A stretch of 64,000 nt of DNA. Origin: Eledone cirrhosa (lineage: Eukaryota). The notes under the pieces were generated by a model, which was given only the letters and a program-made list of their open reading frames with translations, did not search any database and was not told the origin of the DNA. Positions 37,251 through 50,749 of this stretch are shown here, in pieces. Position 1 is the stretch's first letter, and every line of letters starts with the position of its first letter. The translations under genes were made by a program, and so were the position numbers. Location: the NCBI GenBank assembly GCA_964016885.1, contig OZ024747.1, forward strand, positions 68,200,001-68,264,000. The letters run 5' to 3'.

Positions 37251-39936
37251 CAACAAAATGTAAATGATTCACAACTCATTATACAAATGCTAATTTAATG
37301 TATGGAATTCAGTAAATGAATTACTATTAAAGTCGTGAGCCGTTATAAATTCAGCTCTATAACAGATTTAAATAATGTCAATAAAAGCAGAAATCAAACC
37401 TGCTTCTGTTATATATCATTATAAATTAAAATAGGAACATGTGTATCACATGGCATGTAGGAGATTTTGCCTCAAATGATTAACTTAATTTGTATTTTAT
37501 GTGGGTGTATAAAATAGTAATAATGTATTTTGTATAAGGATCAAATTCAGATTATTTTAATTTTTAGCAAATTAATTGGAGAGGACAGCACATGTAACCC
37601 TTTTATTGTTCAGGATCCTTAAAGAACCCAAGCTGTTGGCATCCTTGTGGTGGGCCTGGGAAACTGATCATTGATCTCAATTAGACAAATGACAGCAACC
37701 TGAGACAGCAACAGTCTCATACACAAGAAGATGGGCCCTTAAAACTAGTGAGAGGAAGGAAAGAAATTATCCTCAGATCAGAGACCTGGCTTGAATGCTT
37801 CCAATAGAACTCAGCTAAAGGTACTCAGAACAAGTGGGTTATGTTTAACCAGGCAACACCCAAGTACTCGGAATGCAAAAAGCTCCCCCACCCACCTTTA
37901 CAATGAAGTATTTCATCCAACCCTAACAATTCTGCCTATCCACCACCCAGGATAAGTACTTTATTTCATCAACCTTAAAAGGATGAAAGGCAAAGCTAAC
38001 TTCACCAGTATTTGAAATTGGAGTGAAGAGATCTGGAAAAAATACAATAAGACATTTATTCTACACTTTATTGATTCTGCTTATTCACTGCCTATCCAAA
38101 TTCACAGTTGTTGTTTTGCACCAAATCAACCAGATCATCATCATCATCATTTTTATGTTGATTTTCCATGCTGGCATGGTGGGTGAGATGGGACTTTTCA
38201 AGGCAATGTTTTACAACTGGATGCCCTTCTTAACCCTAACCCTTTTAATCGCTTCTTACGACACACAGGGATATGGTGTATCTATTCTAAACCAGATAAA
38301 CAATAACCCTAAAAAATATTTTCAGAAGTGATTTTAAGATGAAACCTTAGTAAATGTTGTAAAGTTGTGAGTAAACACTATTAAAGTTGTGAATATAGAT
38401 CACCACCACTCCCATAATGAACATATTAAAATGTTTTCCATGAATAGGAGAGACAGTGAAAGTATATGAAGTACAAAAGCTTCAGAAATAACAAATACAT
38501 ATAACTATTGAAACAGTTGATATAAGTGAAATTAAATCTCACACCCTATAAATCAGTTGGTTGTTGTTACAGCTCACACCTATTTAAGCTGGCCTCCTAC
38601 AATATTGCATCACATAGGAGGTTTCTTTAGTGTTTTAAGGATAAAATCCCCAGTCCTGTTATGAAATTAAGAGTCTTGCTCAAGAACATAATATACACTG
38701 CCTGGTCCAAGAATTGACCCTACAACTTTATGGTTGTGAGTCCAACACCCTAACCACTAAGCCACATGCTGTTGTAAACTAATACAAGTAGGGGGAGGGA
38801 GGTCCATGATCTAAGTTCAAAATTTCAAGTAGCTTCTAACAAACAATATACACAGGTTATTGGGTATCCATTCTTCTCGAAGCATAAACATTTCTCCCTT
38901 TCAAATATGGGGTGGAGTAATTGTCCATGAGAAATTCATTTAAATAAAAGTGGTTCTTGGTATTGAGAAAGATGTGAACCACTTTTAATCTATGAGTTCT
39001 TTTTACTATGAGTGCAATATAATGGCAACATTTACACACAAAGTACAAGAAACAGCCCACTCCTTTTTTTATTTGGCAGTACTCATTATCCACCCAATCA
39101 TTTAACCTTGGTATTAGTCTCATACAAAACATTATTGTTATTCCTATTATAAGCTGTTGTATGTCCATTCCTAACACGCAACACATTAGAACCAACGACA
39201 CTCAAATGTTGTGTGTGTATACATCTGTATGTATATTTGTATATCTGTGTGTATATACATACATATGTATACACACACATACACACACCGATATATAAAT
39301 ATATATATAAAACAAAAAACTGTGTTTACTTAGTTATTATATAAATTAAATACGGTTAAATCCTTGAATAGAATTATGATGAAACACAAACGCAGATACA
39401 AAATACACACCTTTATATATATACTGACAGGAAATTAAAAACCAGGTAGGGTAAACAGAGAGAAAGCAACTGACAAAACAGGCCTTACAAGATATCAGTT
39501 AAGTACAGCTAAAGGGCCTATGACAAGAAAAGAAACAAAAATTGGCTCCTTGTTGTGGAGAGGAGGAGTGAGAGGGAAAGTAGAGATGGAATAGTTGGGT
39601 CTGTAAAATAGAACAAGCCAAAGTTTAAGTGTGAATTAGTATTGCAAACAAGTTTTGCAACATTTTCTGCCCCAAACATGATGAAATTATTACAAAACAC
39701 AAACCACGGGGTAGCTTGGGCACCTAAATTTTATATCTGGTGTAGTTTTTGGGGGGACCAAAAAGCCACTCCCATATATCTCACTACACAGTGACACATA
39801 TTACAATAACATGTCCCATACACAGATTATTAAAATATTTATTAAAAAATAATACAATACTTGAACGCACACACACAGAGTCACTCTCATGCTTAAGTAT
39901 CAAACAATACCATTATTTGAAATCAAGTTGCAGTCA

Positions 39937-40060
<124 letters not shown>

Positions 40061-41554
40061 TGCTCCACTTTATCATTACCATCACATATTTTGTATCTGA
40101 CTTCCCTCTTCCCTGTTCCTCATTTCACATTTAGGTTGCTCATAATGTAAATATATCTCACTACACAGTGACACATATTACAATAACATGTCCCATACAC
40201 AGATTATTAAAATATTTATTAAAAAATAATACAATACTTGAACACACACACACACACACACACCCAGAGTCACTCTCATACCTTCAGACAGGAAAGAAAA
40301 GCTGCCAAGTTAATGTAAACACAACAACCAGTGACACCACAGACTTTACATGACTTTGTAGCTTGAAAACTTTTACTTTCTCAAAAGACCCAAGTCTTAG
40401 CATTCTCCTGTGTTTACTCATGTTCTCGCCAAGTAAACACTTATTTCTCCTAAACCTTAACCCTTTTGTTACTATATTTATAATAAAATATACTGTCTAT
40501 GATTTTCAAATCATTTTGAAAATAATTTGGAGGGATTTAGTAAAATAACTTTCTCATTAAATGTTGAAGTCTTTGAGCATAACTTAAAGGTTGTTATATA
40601 AATTTATGATGAAAATTTTTAAAATTTCTTTTAGACAAATATAAATACTATAAACCAAACAGTTTTGTATTGTAAAACCAAGTTTGGGGTGGTTTGGTAT
40701 TGAAACGTTAAGGTTGAGAATAGGCAGAGTTATGTTGGACCTTTGTTGGTTCTGATAAGTGTTCCAGTTGCTGGAACAATGTTCATTATATTAATGTGGA
40801 TATGACAGAACACCCCACAGATATGTACAGCCTTAATAAAGTTCTCAGGGAGATTCAGCCTGAACCAGAGTGAATTACAAGTGTAATTGGAGCAACATGA
40901 ATTACAGGTGTAACTGGAGCAACATGAATTACAGGTGTAAAATAAAGTGTCTTGCTCAAGGACACAATCTGTTGCTAGGAATTGAACTCACAACCTTGTC
41001 ATTGTGAGCTGAACAAGACACTTTATTACATATTTGTGTAGTCTACTCAGCAGGAAAACATGAGTATCAGCAGTAACTGGAGGTTTAACTATGTAGCAGG
41101 CTGGCATTCTGTCCTGGGGTGGGTCTTGTAGTCTCAGTCACTTAACACAAATGAAACCTGGGATGAGTTCAGGAATCAAACCCACAACCTTAAGAACATG
41201 ATTCTAATACCCTAACCACCAGGCCATGCACTTAGTCCTCTTCCATTGAGAAAATTAATTTTTTTAAATATAAAAAATGCATGTATGAGTGAGTCCAGGA
41301 TGGAAGAGGTAAAATTAATATTTCATGCATTTAACAGTATGAAGCTAGAGTTTTATATTTTATGTGTTTAACACCATAAATCATCCCAAGCTAATCATTG
41401 GACCTTCTCCTCAGGTTACTAGAAATATTTCTATTTCACCATTTACTCCTATTTCCTTTTGGAGACAAATTTTCACTTTCTCCTTTCCTCAATATTGTTC
41501 ATTGTTTGTTTCTTTTTTTTCTTTCTCCCACCCCTCTGGTTCTGTTTTGTTCTT

Positions 41555-41890
41555 TCCTCTCTCTGTCTCTTTCTCTCCCACTCTCTATCTCTCCCACTCT
41601 CTATCTCTCACACTCTCTATCTCTCACACTCTCTATCTCTCACACTCTCTATCTCTCACACTCTCTATCTCTCACACTCTCTATCTTTATCTCTATCTTT
41701 CTCTCTATCTCTATCTTTCTCTCTATCTCTATCTTTCTCTCTATCTCTATCTTTCTCTCTATCTCTATCTTTCTCTCTATCTCTATCTTTCTCTTTCTCT
41801 CTATCTTTCTCTTTCTCTCTATCTTTCTCTTTCTCTCTATCTTTCTCTTTCTCTCTATCTTTCTCTCTATCTCTATCCCTCTCTATCCAT
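41555..41890. repeat. CT-rich 14-16-bp minisatellites (ctctctatctctcaca; ctctatctttct)
   Basis: Direct reading. Confidence 0.9.
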
Positions 41891-42469
41891 CTCTCCTTTT
41901 TTGTCTCTTTCACTCACTTTTCAAACTGTCTATCCATCTTCCCCTCTTTTCCCCTATTTCTCACTATCTCTTCCTCTATAACTTGCTTATTTCTCTATTT
42001 TATTTCTCCCTTTTTCTCTGCTTCTCCATTTCTGTATCTTTTTATCTAAGCTAATCTCTACTTCTCCCTTTTTGTTTACTATTTCTCTATCTGCTTATCA
42101 CTTTATCTGTATCTTTCTCCCTGTTTATTTCTTTCCCTATATTTATTATCTATCTATCTTTCTCAGTTATGTTTCTCTCCAATTTTCTCCCTTGTCTTCA
42201 ATAATCTCTGCACTCCCTTCTCTTTACTTGCGCTATTGATCCCAGATCACAAATGTCAGTGGCTCCTTCATTTTTAGTCACATGACAGGCTGCTCTTTCC
42301 ATTTAGTCAATGTCTTCCTCCTGCATCTCCACCACTCTTCTATCTTTCACCACTCTCTCTCTCTCCTTTTGTTTTTCACTTTCCCCCTTCACCCTCCCAT
42401 TAGCAGTAATATCAGTGTTGGTCTTTACATTTATCTTTAAGTTTGTATGTCTATCTATCTATCTACCGA

Positions 42470-42875
42470 CCTATGCACATACATATGCATATATATACAT
42501 ACATATGTATGCATATATGTATATATGTATACATGCATATATGTACATACTATGCATGCACATATATGTACATACTATGCATGCACATATATGTACATAC
42601 TATGCATGCACATATATGTACATACTATGCATGCACATATATGTACATACTATGCATGCACATATATGTACATATGTGTACATATGTATGCATATATGTA
42701 CATACCTATACATGCATATATGTACATACCTATACATGCATATATGTACATACCTATACATGCATATATGTACATACATATGCATGCATATATGTACATA
42801 CATATGCATGCATATATGTATATACATATGCATGCATATATGTATATACATACATACATATGTATGTATGTATGT
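42470..42875. repeat. 24-26-bp atgcatatatgtacatac-type minisatellite
   Basis: Direct reading. Confidence 0.9.
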
Positions 42876-43616
42876 TCTGGTTTTATTTGTTTTTATTAAT
42901 TTCTCATCAACAGCGAGCCAGTTTCTAACAGAGAAACAAGACTCTTTCATTGGAATTTAAACATCAACTAGAAAGTTGTTTAAATTCCAATAAACTATGA
43001 AGTATGTCTGTATTTGTTCATGTAAGTTCAGGTATGGATGTCATTGCATGTGAGGATCAGTATGTTTTGAGTTATACATGCACATATACATATCTTTCTA
43101 TATACATACATGTGTGTATGTAATTATGACATGCTAAATTTCTGGAAAGTTCTACATATTTTTACAGTCTCGTTAATAGTCTGTACTTGAAATGTTCTAA
43201 TTAGCTGTGCTCTCTGTGGTTCTGTAAAGCTCAGCTTCTCAAGATTTGTGCTGAGGCAGTTAGTAACATATCCAAGTGCCCCAATGACTGCAGGTACAAA
43301 TCTAAAGGTATAGTCAGGGTAGTGTATTCACAGGTTGTTCATTAATTCAGCATAAATATTCTCCTTATGTATATCTGACTTTATTTCTCTCTCTCTCCCA
43401 TCTCCCTCTCTACCTCTATTTAGATAAAGTGTAACTGGGAGAGAAAAGCATTATGTTATGTATGCTGAGGTCCCCTTTCGCTCTCTCTCTCTTTCTCTTT
43501 ACCTGCGTTTAGCTAACAGGTTCTTTCTTCCCACCCCAGTTACATTTTATGTACTCTCATTTTATTTCCCCTGTTCTTACTGCTCTGAACTCTCTCACAC
43601 ATACATACACTGTGTA

Positions 43617-43828
43617 ATAATTGCTTTTACTTTAGGCACAAGGCCAGTAATTTGAAGGGGGGGGGGGGTCGATTAAATCGACTCCAGTGCATTACTGGTA
43701 CTTTGTTTCATCAAACCCTTTAAGAATGAAAGGCAAAGCTAACCTTGGCAGGATTCAAACTCAGAACATAAAGAGCCATAACTCTATGCTACAAAGCATA
43801 GCATCCAACCCTCAACCGATACTGCCAA
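43617..43828 (-). mobile_element. Meta-type SINE
   Basis: Same domains as the 34558-34740 SINE. Confidence 0.8.
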
Positions 43829-45077
43829 TATAGTTTGGATACTCAAGAAGTCAGTCCATAATACATAGACCTGTTCATCTCAACAAAAGACCAACACTAC
43901 ATTACAGAAGTTGCAACACTATGGACATTCCATAGAATTGCATGAAAGAGAGAGAGGGGGAAAAAGAAGAGATGGGCGAGAAAGAGAAGAAAGAGAAAAG
44001 AAAGAGAGAAAAGGAGAGAATATAAGAGGGAGAAAGGGAGAGAGTGAGTGAAGGGAAAGAGGAGACAGAGGAGAGAGGGAGAAGGGAGAGAGAGAAGAAC
44101 AAGATAGAGAGAGGGTGTATGAGATATTTAGATAGACTATAGGGAAAGATTCACTGAGAAAATGACATACAATTATCACATGACCTCCAGTAGCAGTCAT
44201 ATGATGGGAAGGATTAGCTTACTATGGGGCGGGGGTCTCAGTACATTACTGGTTCTTTATTTTATTGTCACCCCTACTCAGAAGAATGAAAATCATAATT
44301 TATCGCAGCAGGATTTGAACTTAAAAGGTAAAGTTCCAGACTTATATCCTAATTTTGTGTAAAAATCTCTGTTAAGTTATGTTCCAAATACCACTTTGAT
44401 ACCACTAAATAATTGATTATTTTCAAAATTCTTTAAAAATCATAAGCAGCATTTTTTTATTAGAAATTTGATAATAAAAGTGTTATTCATTCATTTTACG
44501 TCTGCTTTTCCCTGGTCTAAAGACCTTCCATCATAATCTTATGTAAAAACCTTTGTTAAGATATGTTACAAATAAAAGTTTGATAATGACAATATTGGTT
44601 ATACTATTAAATCTTTTTAAATTCTTGACTATTTTCAAAACTAACTGAAACTCAAGGAAGTGGAATTTATTAGAAATATAGTAATGAAAGGTGAGAGATT
44701 AAATCTATGACTAAAAAATAGAAACATTCCTACCAAAAAGACTATATAGTTTCTGATAACAGAAATTTCACTCACAATGCTTTGGTTTATCTAGGAGAGA
44801 GCCAAGCATAATTACAAAGACTCAATGCTATGGTAGAAGACATCTACTCAAGGTTTCGTGCTGTGGGATTGAACACAAAACTACATAGTAGCAAAGTTAA
44901 GCTGTTAACCACACAGCCAAGTCTGTGCCCAAGTCTTCGTATTCTCTAGAATCTCAACATCAATAGGAGGTGAGGTAGGGGACAATTCAATTACCTTTAT
45001 ACACACACCACCACCACCAGTGGACGTGACTTTTACAGCAATAATGTCATATTGTTGTTTACAACAGGTTATTATTG

Positions 45078-45261
45078 AGAAGAAGAAAAAAAAGAAAAAG
45101 AAGAAAAAGAAAAAGAAAAAGAAAATGAAAAAGAAAAAGAAGAAAAAGAAAAAGAAAAAGAAAAAGAAAAAGAAAATGAAAAAGAAAAAGATGAAAAAGA
45201 AGAAGAAAAAGAAAAAGAACAACAACAACAACAACAGCAACAGCAACAACAACAACAACAA

Positions 45262-45312
<51 letters not shown>

Positions 45313-45415
45313 CAACAACAACAACAGCAACCTGAACAAGAAGAACAAAAAGAAAAGAATAAAGAACAAGAACAAGAATAAAAATAGGAAGAGGAGAAGA
45401 AAGATAATGATGAGG
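45078..45415. repeat. Compound (AAAAAG)n/(CAA)n/(CAG)n low-complexity tract
   Basis: Direct reading. Confidence 0.92.
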
Positions 45416-46222
45416 AGGTTCCAAAACAGCCTATGGTAAACAACACATGCCTAAGATGCCAGGCTGTGGGATTTAACCCAGTGCTGTCTCATTGTGAATC
45501 TAATTTCTTAAGGATTATTTATGTACAGGATCACGACAGACACTTGCGGCCTTTAACATCCAGAAGATCCTTTCAGACAACTGACAAGGTGGGATTCTAA
45601 TGTCTATCTCGAGCCTGGAAGCTTATCAGTTCGGTGCTTATCCCAGTTTCTGTGGTGTGAACTTCCCTCTGGACAGGACAGGACACTAGTCCATCGTAGG
45701 GTTAATACTCATTTTCAGCTGTGTATACTGGAGCTACTTCAAATGAAGTGTTTTGCTTAAGAACACAATACACAACCCAGTCCAGAAATCGAACACATGA
45801 CTTTATGATCATAAGTACAACACCCTACCACTAGTCCACATGCTTACACACAAGGTAACATTACATGCACAGAAATCCTCTGTAGAACCAACACCAACAC
45901 CACCACAAACATCGACATCGAATCCACATTATATAGGCATCAACTGTGATAGTTCAGGCATGTCATGTGTATGTCTGGCTCATGTATATCACATATAGCC
46001 ACCTAAATTTGGTCACCACATAGCTGCAGGAACAAAGACATGGTTCAAAGACCAGATGAAGACCATTTTGAAGAGAAGAGCAACACTTCAAGAATGGTGA
46101 ACATTGCAACTAACTGCTAACTTTGTCATTCTCATTGTTTGAAGGGGATTGAGGACATAGAAGAGAAACACTCTCAACCCTACCTAGAGAAATGAAATGA
46201 AAATGGAGGCATGTAGACAGAT

Positions 46223-46337
46223 TAACCTTCTGAACACTACAGGTGCATTATGTTGCCGATAGAGTAATCTCCCCTTAATACATAATACAGTGTCAAGGGA
46301 AGCAATTCATAACAAAATTCAGCATGCTAAAGATTAA
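46223..46337. mobile_element. ~115-bp TTAA-flanked MITE; inverted copy at 54155-54269
   Basis: ttaaccttc...agcatgctaaagattaa; reverse complement aligns with 54155-54269. Confidence 0.7.
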
Positions 46338-46857
46338 CACCTTTTCTCTCCAACCAGTCTGTCCACATCTGAAACTAGATGTCAAAGATTGAGATGTACA
46401 GTCACCAAAGTATCCACAATAGAAGATGGCTTTTATCAAATCAATGGACAACCACAAGCAAGTCAGACAAGACTACATTTTAATGGCTAGTAAAACAAAT
46501 ATGATGCATACTAGAGAGAGAGAGAGATAAGGAGAGTAAGAGAGAGAGAGAGAGAATGAGAGATAAGGAGAGTAAGAGAAAGTGAGAGAGAGAGAGAGAG
46601 AATGAGAGAGATAAGGAGAGTAAGAGAAAGTGAGAGAGAATGAGAGAAAGAGAGAGAGAGAATGAGAGAAAGTGAGAGAGAGAATGAGAGAAAGTGAGAG
46701 AGATAAGGAGAGTAAGAGAAAGTGACAGAGAGAGAGAGAGAGGTACAAAAGTCAATTCTTATGGCAAATCAATATATTATAGTTATGCAATGAAAGATAT
46801 TAGCAAGAGAAAGAACAATGACTAACAGCATAGAAGAATATCAGATTTACATAATAC

Positions 46858-47513
46858 AGATAAGAGGGATCAGATGTTGTTTACTCGAGAGAAGGCTACG
46901 TTGGTATGGACACGTGATGCGCATGAAAGTCGATAGCTGTATAACAAAGTGCAGGGCAATAAAGATAGACGGTAGTCACGGAATAGGCAGACCTAGAAAA
47001 ACCTGGGACGAGCTGATAAACTCCGACATCACACACTTACACCTCTCCAAGACAATGTCACTGGACCGAGACCTTTGGCGGTACTCAGTAACAGAGAAGA
47101 CCCGCCTTACCTAAATATATAGTAAAACCTACTCCAGCCAGTAGGCATCTCTAACAAAATACACCCCGTCCCACCACCCCCACCCCCACCCGATCCACAC
47201 CACCCCGTTCTATGTAAAGTTATGTTGGTGCCGCGCCATCGAGGCCGAAACAAATGAGATCGTGTAGGTGTCACGACAAAAAAACACACAGTCCACGCTG
47301 TAATGTGGCCGTGTAGGCAACACGGTAAAAACCTCCCAGACCCACACTGTAAATGTGGTTGGTGTTAGGAAGGGCATCCAACTGTAGAAAACCTGCCAGA
47401 CAGTCCTATGCGAGCAAGACAATCACTCTTGCCTCAAGTGGGACTACCCCCGTCCAAACCCATGCAAGCGTGGAACACGGACGTTAAACGTTGATGATGA
47501 TGATGATGATGAT
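46858..47513 (+). mobile_element. 5'-truncated RTE LINE, almost identical to 52239-52887
   Basis: Encodes IRGIRCCLLERRLRWYGHVMRM...SVTEKTRLT; same 3' UTR; (GAT)n tail. Confidence 0.93.
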
Positions 47514-47627
47514 ACACACAGTTGCATGTACACACATGCAACAACATGTCAATACAACCCACAAATATGTTTATACACTTACACATATCCACATGCACAG
47601 ATATGTATGCATGCAGTTGTGTGAGTG

Positions 47628-47669
<42 letters not shown>

Positions 47670-47670
<1 letters not shown>

Positions 47671-47903
47671 CCGAAGCTGTGTCCAGTCTATTTGATAAGC
47701 TTTGTTTTATAATTATATATAAAATAACTATATACCAAAAACCAGGTGGACCATAACCCACCAGAGTACTCGATACTTGGGGTAGTAGAGGAAAAGGTTC
47801 AGGACGTCAACAGGACCCCGACGGCTGAGCTCCGGCTGTTTCAACAGCTAGATCTAGCTATCGAAATAGCTGGAGCTCAGCCATCGGGGTCCTGAATCTT
47901 TTC
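47670..47903 (-). mobile_element. Penelope-like pLTR fragment with internal inversion and hammerhead 3' half
   Basis: Palindrome 47811-47894; homologous to 48793-48942; flanked by (TA)n. Confidence 0.6.
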
Positions 47904-48057
47904 ATATATATGCGTGTGTATGTGTTAATATATATGTGTGTGTGTGTATAATGTATATAAGATCAGCAGTGCTGAGACTGGAAAGATCACAAATCATGGT
48001 AGTACTCTATGCATGGGAAGAAGTAAAGTAGGTATAAAGGAAAGTAGTAAGCCTGAC

Positions 48058-48134
48058 CATAATGTTCATTGATTTCAACTTGTATGCAGCAAGCCTTTTC
48101 AAGTACACTCTTGAGAAGGCTCGTCTCATACAAG
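48058..48134 (-). CDS. Candidate host exon LYETSLLKSVLEKACCIQVEINEHY (overlaps a strong hairpin)
   Basis: Acceptor ttaacagtttcag; weak ATG|gtcagg donor; 77 nt, phase 2-1, fits 36835 (G+AG) and 56306 (CA+C). Confidence 0.4.
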
Positions 48135-48287
48135 CTGAAACTGTTAAGTGTCATAATCTGGCAGTAGCAATGTCCACGTATTCATGAAGAATGCACCCAA
48201 TTTATGGCAAGTGATGGGGATCCAACCATAAAAATCCTGCCAAAACCGATGGAAAGCACAACATACAAGATTCGCATTAATTTCTCA

Positions 48288-48420
48288 AACCCAAAGCATA
48301 GAAAAGAAGATGTAAAACAATGATGATGATCCAACCCAAAGCATAGAAAAGAAGATGTAAAACAATGATGATGATCCAACCCAAAGCATAGAAAAGAAGA
48401 TGTAAAACAATGATGATGAT
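48288..48420 (+). repeat. 45-bp x3 tandem duplication of a retroposon 3' terminus
   Basis: aacccaaagcatagaaaagaagatgtaaaacaatgatgatgatcc repeated. Confidence 0.9.
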
Positions 48421-48792
48421 AAACAGGTTTTTCTTTTATAGTTTGATTATTAATCCTGTTGACTAGGATGTAGACAATACAAGTGTGAACAACTGTGAGG
48501 AAGTAATTCAGATGCTATAAAAGATATATGAGTTAGTCAAATGAAGTATTTTAATGACTAGCAATCTATTTATGAGCTACATTGTCATTATAAATTAGAT
48601 ATACTTAACTAAATGATTAATTTATAATGACTAGTCATATATCTATCTTATCTGTATGGGAAAATATATATATATATACATATATCACCATTTTATGTCT
48701 GAAAGGATGAAAGGCTAAACTGACTTCAGGAAGATTTGAACTGCCACTTTAACAACGCTGACAATGCACCACTATATATATATATATATATA

Positions 48793-48940
48793 ACGGAGGA
48801 AATGTGGTAAGGAACCAGGTGGACCATAACGCACCAAAGTACTCAATACTTAGGGTAGTAGAGTGGGTAATAGGAACGAGTAGGACCCCGACGGCTGAGC
48901 TCAAGCCGTTTCGACGGCTAATTCTGGGGTCCTACTCGTT

Positions 48941-48942
<2 letters not shown>
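48793..48942 (-). mobile_element. Penelope-like pLTR fragment with hammerhead 3' half
   Basis: Minus strand GAAA-CGGCT(tgagctc)AGCCG-TC-ggggtcct; CUGANGA missing; lies between (TA)n tracts. Confidence 0.62.
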
Positions 48943-48974
<32 letters not shown>

Positions 48975-49105
48975 GATAAATCTACCAAGAGTTTACGGTA
49001 GTGTCCAATCCGTATGAAGAACTCAATGTAATCCGGATATCATGGAAAGAAGAGATGCATTCAAAAATCACTTTCGGTGAAAGATAAACGGAATACAGAG
49101 TCAAG

Positions 49106-49236
49106 ATAAAATATTAAAAAAATAATGAATAAAACAATGAAACAGTTCCTTATATTAAACAAAAAAAGTTGAACTTTTTTTGTTTAATATAAGGAACTGT
49201 TTCATTGTTTTATTCATTATTTTTTTAATATTTTAT
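49106..49236. repeat. Perfect palindrome, 65-bp arms, 1-nt spacer (g49171)
   Basis: Arm-by-arm reverse-complement check. Confidence 0.95.
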
Positions 49237-50749
49237 ATATATACTTTTTATCAACTTTGTGTAATTCACTGAAAGGCATTCCTCGTCCTATGTCCACCTG
49301 TTTTGTTTCATCCCAATGCATACTCAAACAAACAGTATCAACCTTGATGCATTGAAACTGTAGTGGTTTCCAGAAGTTGACTAAGGAGGAGACTGTCAGT
49401 TTTTCCATTGTTTTTGTTCTGTGCGACCCTATCAAAGCCTGATTTTCCATGATGTCATGGATCAAGTCAGTATTTAATCGGAGTTACTGTCCGCTCACTG
49501 ATGGGCTAGGTCCACTTCTGTTTACATACATTTTGGTTTTGGTATGGCTTCTAAGGCTGGATGACCTTCCTAACATCAACCACTTTACATGGTGTACTGG
49601 GTTACCTTGACACAACTAAAGAATCCCCCCCACTTATATATGATATATAAATGATGTTTAAACAAAAGGTGCAGGCATTGTTGTGGAGTAAGAAATTCCC
49701 TTTGAAACTATGTAGTCAACACTCATATTTTGAAACATAGTATGCTGCACATCTAAACAGTGGTCTACATTAAAATCACAATATTGAGTTCTCTCCACGC
49801 CTTTGGATGATTTTTTAACTGTTATAGAGTCACAGGCATGGTTATGTCGTTAAGGCATCTGCTTTGCAACCGTATTGGTCTGGGTTTCGTTTTTCTGTAC
49901 AGCACCTAGAGCAAGTGTCTTCTACCTCAGGTTGACCAATGATTTCTAAGTGAAATTTGGTAGATGGAAACTGTAGAAGCCCATCGCGCGCGTGTGTGTG
50001 CGTGCGTGCATGCGTGCGTGTGTGTGTGTGTGTGTATGCATGTATGTATGCATGTATGCATGCTAGCAGAGCTAGCTGACAATCTCTAGGTACTTTATGA
50101 AAGTAATAATATACATTACAAAATTTCTCAGTGAGTAACTGAAGTTTTGCTGAATAAAGATTTTGCAACGAACCATTGTGAATAAATGTCTTATTCATTT
50201 TCTTTTAATAATATGCAGATATCTATAGATGTACATTGAATAATGGATAACCAGTTTTATGAATAACACACCTAGTTTAGATTTTAAGTAACATGCATTC
50301 TACTTTTAACCTATCTGCCTACCTCTCCATGTCTATCTTTTCCTATTACATTTTTTCTCAGTTTCTTGTATTTTATTATACATCTCTCTCTATTCTTTTT
50401 CTCTAATCCATTCTCTCTTTCTCTCTCTCAGCAGTTCAGCAAATAAAGATCGATATAATAAGTAATAGATTAAAATAGATTGCCCCAATATGACAGCTGA
50501 CCACTGAAATGACTGAAACCAGTAAAAGATCCGATTCATTTCTATTGCTATTGTTCATTTCTCTGTTGGCTGTATGTGAATAAAGCTAAAATACTGAAAT
50601 CTATGTAGATTACTGAAGGACTAGCATCCAAAACGTTAAGACCCTCTTTCTGCTATTTCAAGCATTAACCTAATATATTCCTTTTATATACTGTACCGAT
50701 TGTATTGTTATTTCTGTTTACCTTTTACATATATATATATATATATGTA

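Noticed and set aside
38857-39201. 114-aa minus-strand ORF
   Set aside because: No recognisable motif and no flanking splice sites that fit the host exon chain
39485-39600. Strong minus-strand acceptor at 39600 with a donor near 39487
   Set aside because: Stops in all three frames; it could be non-coding or terminal but cannot be supported from sequence alone
44905-45446. Poly-K/N/S, poly-L/F and poly-C ORFs
   Set aside because: Translations of a compound microsatellite
49217-49510. 82-aa minus-strand ORF beside the palindrome
   Set aside because: No identifiable domain or matching splice sites; possibly a repeat fragment
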